Of a stretch of 64,000 bases of DNA, positions 60,927-64,000 are shown piece by piece. Made by a program: the position numbers and the translations under genes. The notes below the pieces were generated by a model. That model had not been told where the DNA came from. It made no database searches and worked only from the letters and a program-made list of their open reading frames with translations. Source of the stretch: Gammaproteobacteria bacterium (lineage in GTDB: Bacteria; Pseudomonadota; Gammaproteobacteria; Eutrophobiales; Eutrophobiaceae); NCBI GenBank assembly GCA_041689615.1, contig JBDNFW010000026.1, positions 84,282-148,281 of the forward strand, written 5' to 3'. Within the stretch, counting starts at the first letter, position 1. Each line of letters opens with the position of its first letter.

Positions 60927-62453
60927 CTAACTTAAGAATTTCTGATACGCAGGATTATCGGTTTCCTTCCAAAAGATAATTCCTAATTCATCAACGAACT
61001 TTTGAAATTGTTCTCGTTCTTCTTCTTTAACCTGGAAACCCATGAGTACACGACCATAGGCTGCACCGTGGTTTCGATAATGAAATAAACTGATGTTCCA
61101 GCGTTCTTCCATTTCGTTTAGGAAATGTAATAGTGCGCCAGAACGTTCTGGAAATTCAAAACGATAAATTACTTCGTTTTCAGCTTGAGGTGCATGACCG
61201 CCAACCATATAACGAATATGCATCTTGGCGATAACATCATTACTTAAATCAGTAACGTCATAACCTTTTTCAACTAAGTGTTTAATCAATGCATCTTTCT
61301 CTGCGACACCTTTTTTAAGCTGCACTCCAACAAAAACATTAGCGTCTTTATCATCGGCATAGCGATAATTAAATTCAGTAATTAAACGCGGACCCAGATC
61401 ATGACATAGATGACGAAAACTTCCGGGACGTTCTGGAATACCTATCACCATCAACGCTTCACGATTTTCACCCAAGGCAGAAAGCTCGGCAATATGACGC
61501 AAGCGATCGAAATTCACATTCGCGCCGCTAAAGATTGCTACCAATTCTTTATTCGTTATTTTTTCCCGAGCGACATATTGTTTTAATCCTGCAAGTGCTA
61601 ACGCACCTGCAGGCTCAGGAATTGAACGTGTATCTTCAAAAATATCTTTAACTGCTGCACAAATATCATCAACGCTGACTAAAAGAATCTCATCGACCAG
61701 GTCTTTTGCTATGCGAAAGTTTTCTTCACCAACTTGTATTACGGCAGCACCATCAGCAAATATTCCAATTTGATCCAGAATCACACGTTCATTAGCTTCG
61801 AAAGCATGATGCATGCTTGGTGCTTCATCGTGTTCAACACCGATAATTTTTATCTCTGGATGACTTTCCTTCACATAGACAGCAATACCCGCGATTAAAC
61901 CTCCGCCACCGACAGGCACGAAAATAATATCCGGCTTTGTTGGATGTTGTTCTAATAATTCAACGCCGACCGTCGCCTGTCCAGCAATGATCAAGGGATG
62001 ATCGAATGGCGGGATGTAACACATGCCAGTTTCTTCTGATAATTTATGGGCATGAACCTTAGCATCATCATAAGTATTTCCATGCAAGACAACTTCAGCA
62101 TTCATGCGCTTAACTGAACCAACCTTAATGTCTGGTGTCGTTTTCGGCATCACAATCACAGCTTTTATATTCAGACCTTGTGCTGCCAAAGCCACGCCCT
62201 GAGCATGATTACCCGCAGAAGCGGTAATAACACCACGTTCACGTTCTTCATTAGATAAAGAAGCGATCATATTGTAGGCACCACGTAGCTTATAGGAGAA
62301 AACCGGTTGCTGATCTTCCCGCTTCAGCCAAATATTATTATTGTGACGTTGTGAAAGTTGCGGCGCACGATCCAGATCCGTCCGTTTTGCGACGGTATAG
62401 ATGCGCTGTCCAGCTTCCTCAATTAATTTTTTGTATTCATCAAACATTAGCAT
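60927..62453 (-). CDS. ilvA: Threonine dehydratase, biosynthetic
   Basis: 508 aa with a PLP fold and two regulatory ACT-like domains. Confidence 0.9.
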   Translation of the reverse strand: MLMFDEYKKLIEEAGQRIYTVAKRTDLDRAPQLSQRHNNNIWLKREDQQPVFSYKLRGAYNMIASLSNEERERGVITASAGNHAQGVALAAQGLNIKAVIVMPKTTPDIKVGSVKRMNAEVVLHGNTYDDAKVHAHKLSEETGMCYIPPFDHPLIIAGQATVGVELLEQHPTKPDIIFVPVGGGGLIAGIAVYVKESHPEIKIIGVEHDEAPSMHHAFEANERVILDQIGIFADGAAVIQVGEENFRIAKDLVDEILLVSVDDICAAVKDIFEDTRSIPEPAGALALAGLKQYVAREKITNKELVAIFSGANVNFDRLRHIAELSALGENREALMVIGIPERPGSFRHLCHDLGPRLITEFNYRYADDKDANVFVGVQLKKGVAEKDALIKHLVEKGYDVTDLSNDVIAKMHIRYMVGGHAPQAENEVIYRFEFPERSGALLHFLNEMEERWNISLFHYRNHGAAYGRVLMGFQVKEEEREQFQKFVDELGIIFWKETDNPAYQKFLS

Positions 62454-62498
62454 AAGATAACATTTAACATCACATCAAACTATTCACTAATTTATTTA

Positions 62499-63170
62499 AT
62501 GGAGCTTGTTATGTCACAAGATGACAGGAAGAAAGAAGTTGCCAAGGCAGCAATCGAATATATTGAAGATGACAGTATTGTCGGCGTTGGTACAGGTAGT
62601 ACGGTTAACTTCTTTATTGAAGAACTGGCCAAGATAAAAGGCCGAATAGAAGGTGCTATTTCAAGCTCGGTTGCCAGCGAAGAATTGCTTAAGCAACATC
62701 ATATTCCCGTACTTACTTTAAATAGCGTAATAGAAATCCCTGTTTATGTGGACGGTGCGGACGAAGCGACGCAGCATAGACATTTAATCAAAGGCGGTGG
62801 TGGCGCGCTAACACGTGAAAAAATAGTTGCCGCAGCAAGCAGACTATTTGTTTGTATTATTGATGACAGCAAGATGGTGCCGATGCTGGGTAAGTTTCCC
62901 TTACCGATTGAAGTTATACCTATGGCGCAAAGCTATGTGGCCAGACAAATCACTAAACTCGGTGGACAACCTAAATTACGTAAGGATTTCATAACCGATA
63001 ACGGCAATATCATCCTTGATGTGCATAATATGGAAATTGAAAACCCGATTGAACTGGAACAGCAGCTTAATGAAATTGTCGGCATAGTTACAAATGGGCT
63101 TTTTGCACAAAGACCTGCTGATATCGTTTTAATCGCTGATCCCGATGGAATTCAACGAATTCTGTCGTAA
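62499..63170 (+). CDS. rpiA: Ribose-5-phosphate isomerase A
   Basis: 223 aa, RpiA family (GVGTGST, DGADE). Confidence 0.9.
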   Translation: MELVMSQDDRKKEVAKAAIEYIEDDSIVGVGTGSTVNFFIEELAKIKGRIEGAISSSVASEELLKQHHIPVLTLNSVIEIPVYVDGADEATQHRHLIKGGGGALTREKIVAAASRLFVCIIDDSKMVPMLGKFPLPIEVIPMAQSYVARQITKLGGQPKLRKDFITDNGNIILDVHNMEIENPIELEQQLNEIVGIVTNGLFAQRPADIVLIADPDGIQRILS

Positions 63171-63433
63171 AATTACTGCTTTGACTAATCTATTCTTGGC
63201 TAGATTGGGCTATTGCCTGATTTTCCATCCCATATCAATTCGTTGACTCATCCTTCTTTATTATAAAAAGCCTAAAGAATTTAGCTTTTTCAGCCGATTT
63301 ATCAATAGAAGCTGTCTTTTAGCGGCAGGACGCTAACGGGCGTAAAGCAGACTGATACTCTCTTCAAGCCGATTTGTCGTATCAAGTTATCCTGATGCAA
63401 GTTAAATGGACATACTTTAAAGACGAACGAAAC

Positions 63434-64000
63434 ATGAATATTTACAGAAAAAGTATTTGCACAAAAATATCTTATTATTCAACTATCTGTTTAATAGTGG
63501 CTTTTGCAGCATGTCTTTTAATTACACTTAACCTTGGTAACTCATCATTTGTGACAACTGCATTAATGATAGCCTGTGTATTCATCATTACTGCTGCAGC
63601 AATATATTTCACGATGCGACAATTACTAGCAAAACCGCTGGAAAAACTTGCTAATTCATTCCAGACAATAAGCAGCTCTTCATTCAATAACAACCCATTA
63701 CCATTACATGAAGATAACGAAATCGGTGTAATGGCAAAAGCATTTAACATTGTTTTAAAAAATGCCTGCGATAAAACCAATGAAATGGCAGAAGAAATTA
63801 TTGAAAGAAGCAAAGTCGAAAAAGCGTTAAAAAAGAGTGAAACACAATTTAAACAAATGGCTGAACACATAGATGAAGTGTTATGGCTATGCTCTGCAGA
63901 TGGAATGGAAATGCATTATGTTAGTCCTGCTTACGAAGAAATCTACGGTCGAAGCTGCCATGAGTTTTATAAAGACCCGCATGTCTGGCTCAACGATATT
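63434..64000 (+). CDS. Membrane sensor protein (2 TM + HAMP + PAS), 5' partial; runs off the window end
   Basis: The frame is open from ATG 63434 to position 64000. It has TM helices, a HAMP-like segment (IGVMAKAFN) and a PAS domain (LWLCSADGMEMHYVSPAYEEIYG). It is absent from the ORF track because there is no stop in the window. Confidence 0.6.
   Translation, partial: MNIYRKSICTKISYYSTICLIVAFAACLLITLNLGNSSFVTTALMIACVFIITAAAIYFTMRQLLAKPLEKLANSFQTISSSSFNNNPLPLHEDNEIGVMAKAFNIVLKNACDKTNEMAEEIIERSKVEKALKKSETQFKQMAEHIDEVLWLCSADGMEMHYVSPAYEEIYGRSCHEFYKDPHVWLNDI

Noticed and set aside
63475-63870. 131-aa minus-strand ORF
   Set aside because: It is antisense to a much better plus-strand HAMP-PAS sensor frame that is open to the window end. 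It is low-complexity and spurious.

Overview
This is a 64 kb window from an AT-rich gammaproteobacterium, possibly Legionellales- or Thiotrichales-like given the class I aldolase glycolytic cluster and the Hanks kinases. It is mostly chromosomal backbone with three accessory features.

- **Backbone genes, in order.** yggX-mutY, asmA, argH, an algZ/algR-like LytS/LytTR pair, an ATP-grasp ligase next to rsmE, terB-like, rsd. Then metF-ahcY behind an SAH riboswitch, metK, tkt-gap-pgk-pyk-fba, can, purC, glnS, ubiI/F-ubiH-pepP-ygfB. Then the zapA-associated small protein, zapA, 6S RNA, ilvA and rpiA.
- **Accessory block 1: tRNA-Phe islet.** A frameshifted, 5'-truncated IS3-family element lies next to a tRNA-Phe (GAA). 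A 45-bp copy of the tRNA 3' end sits about 2.1 kb away. The two repeats bracket a minimal islet carrying only the hipBA toxin-antitoxin pair, with no integrase.
- **Accessory block 2: MSHA-like pilus locus (the main candidate system), about 16.5-38.3 kb.** It is an MSHA-type type IV pilus / type II secretion (T2SS)-like operon: a sigma54 activator, then homologues of MshM, MshL (secretin), MshN, MshE, MshG, MshI, MshJ and MshK, then a PilX-like 603-aa protein and a pilin. The MshE ATPase has the N-terminal c-di-GMP-binding motifs. The operon is bracketed by a PilS-like polytopic histidine kinase. It is accompanied by an orphan type IV pilin gene with an apparent sigma54 promoter, a membrane class III adenylate cyclase, a split ABC-2 transporter, a DUF4124 protein and a Hanks Ser/Thr kinase.
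- **Accessory block 3: small non-coding elements.** A 3.2x 33-bp tandem repeat sits upstream of the SAH riboswitch. A 165-bp element with 20-bp terminal inverted repeats sits in the ygfB/zapA intergenic region. An unusually GC- and pyrimidine-rich 120-nt leader precedes the orphan ABC ATPase gene.

No CRISPR array, rRNA or intact prophage is visible.
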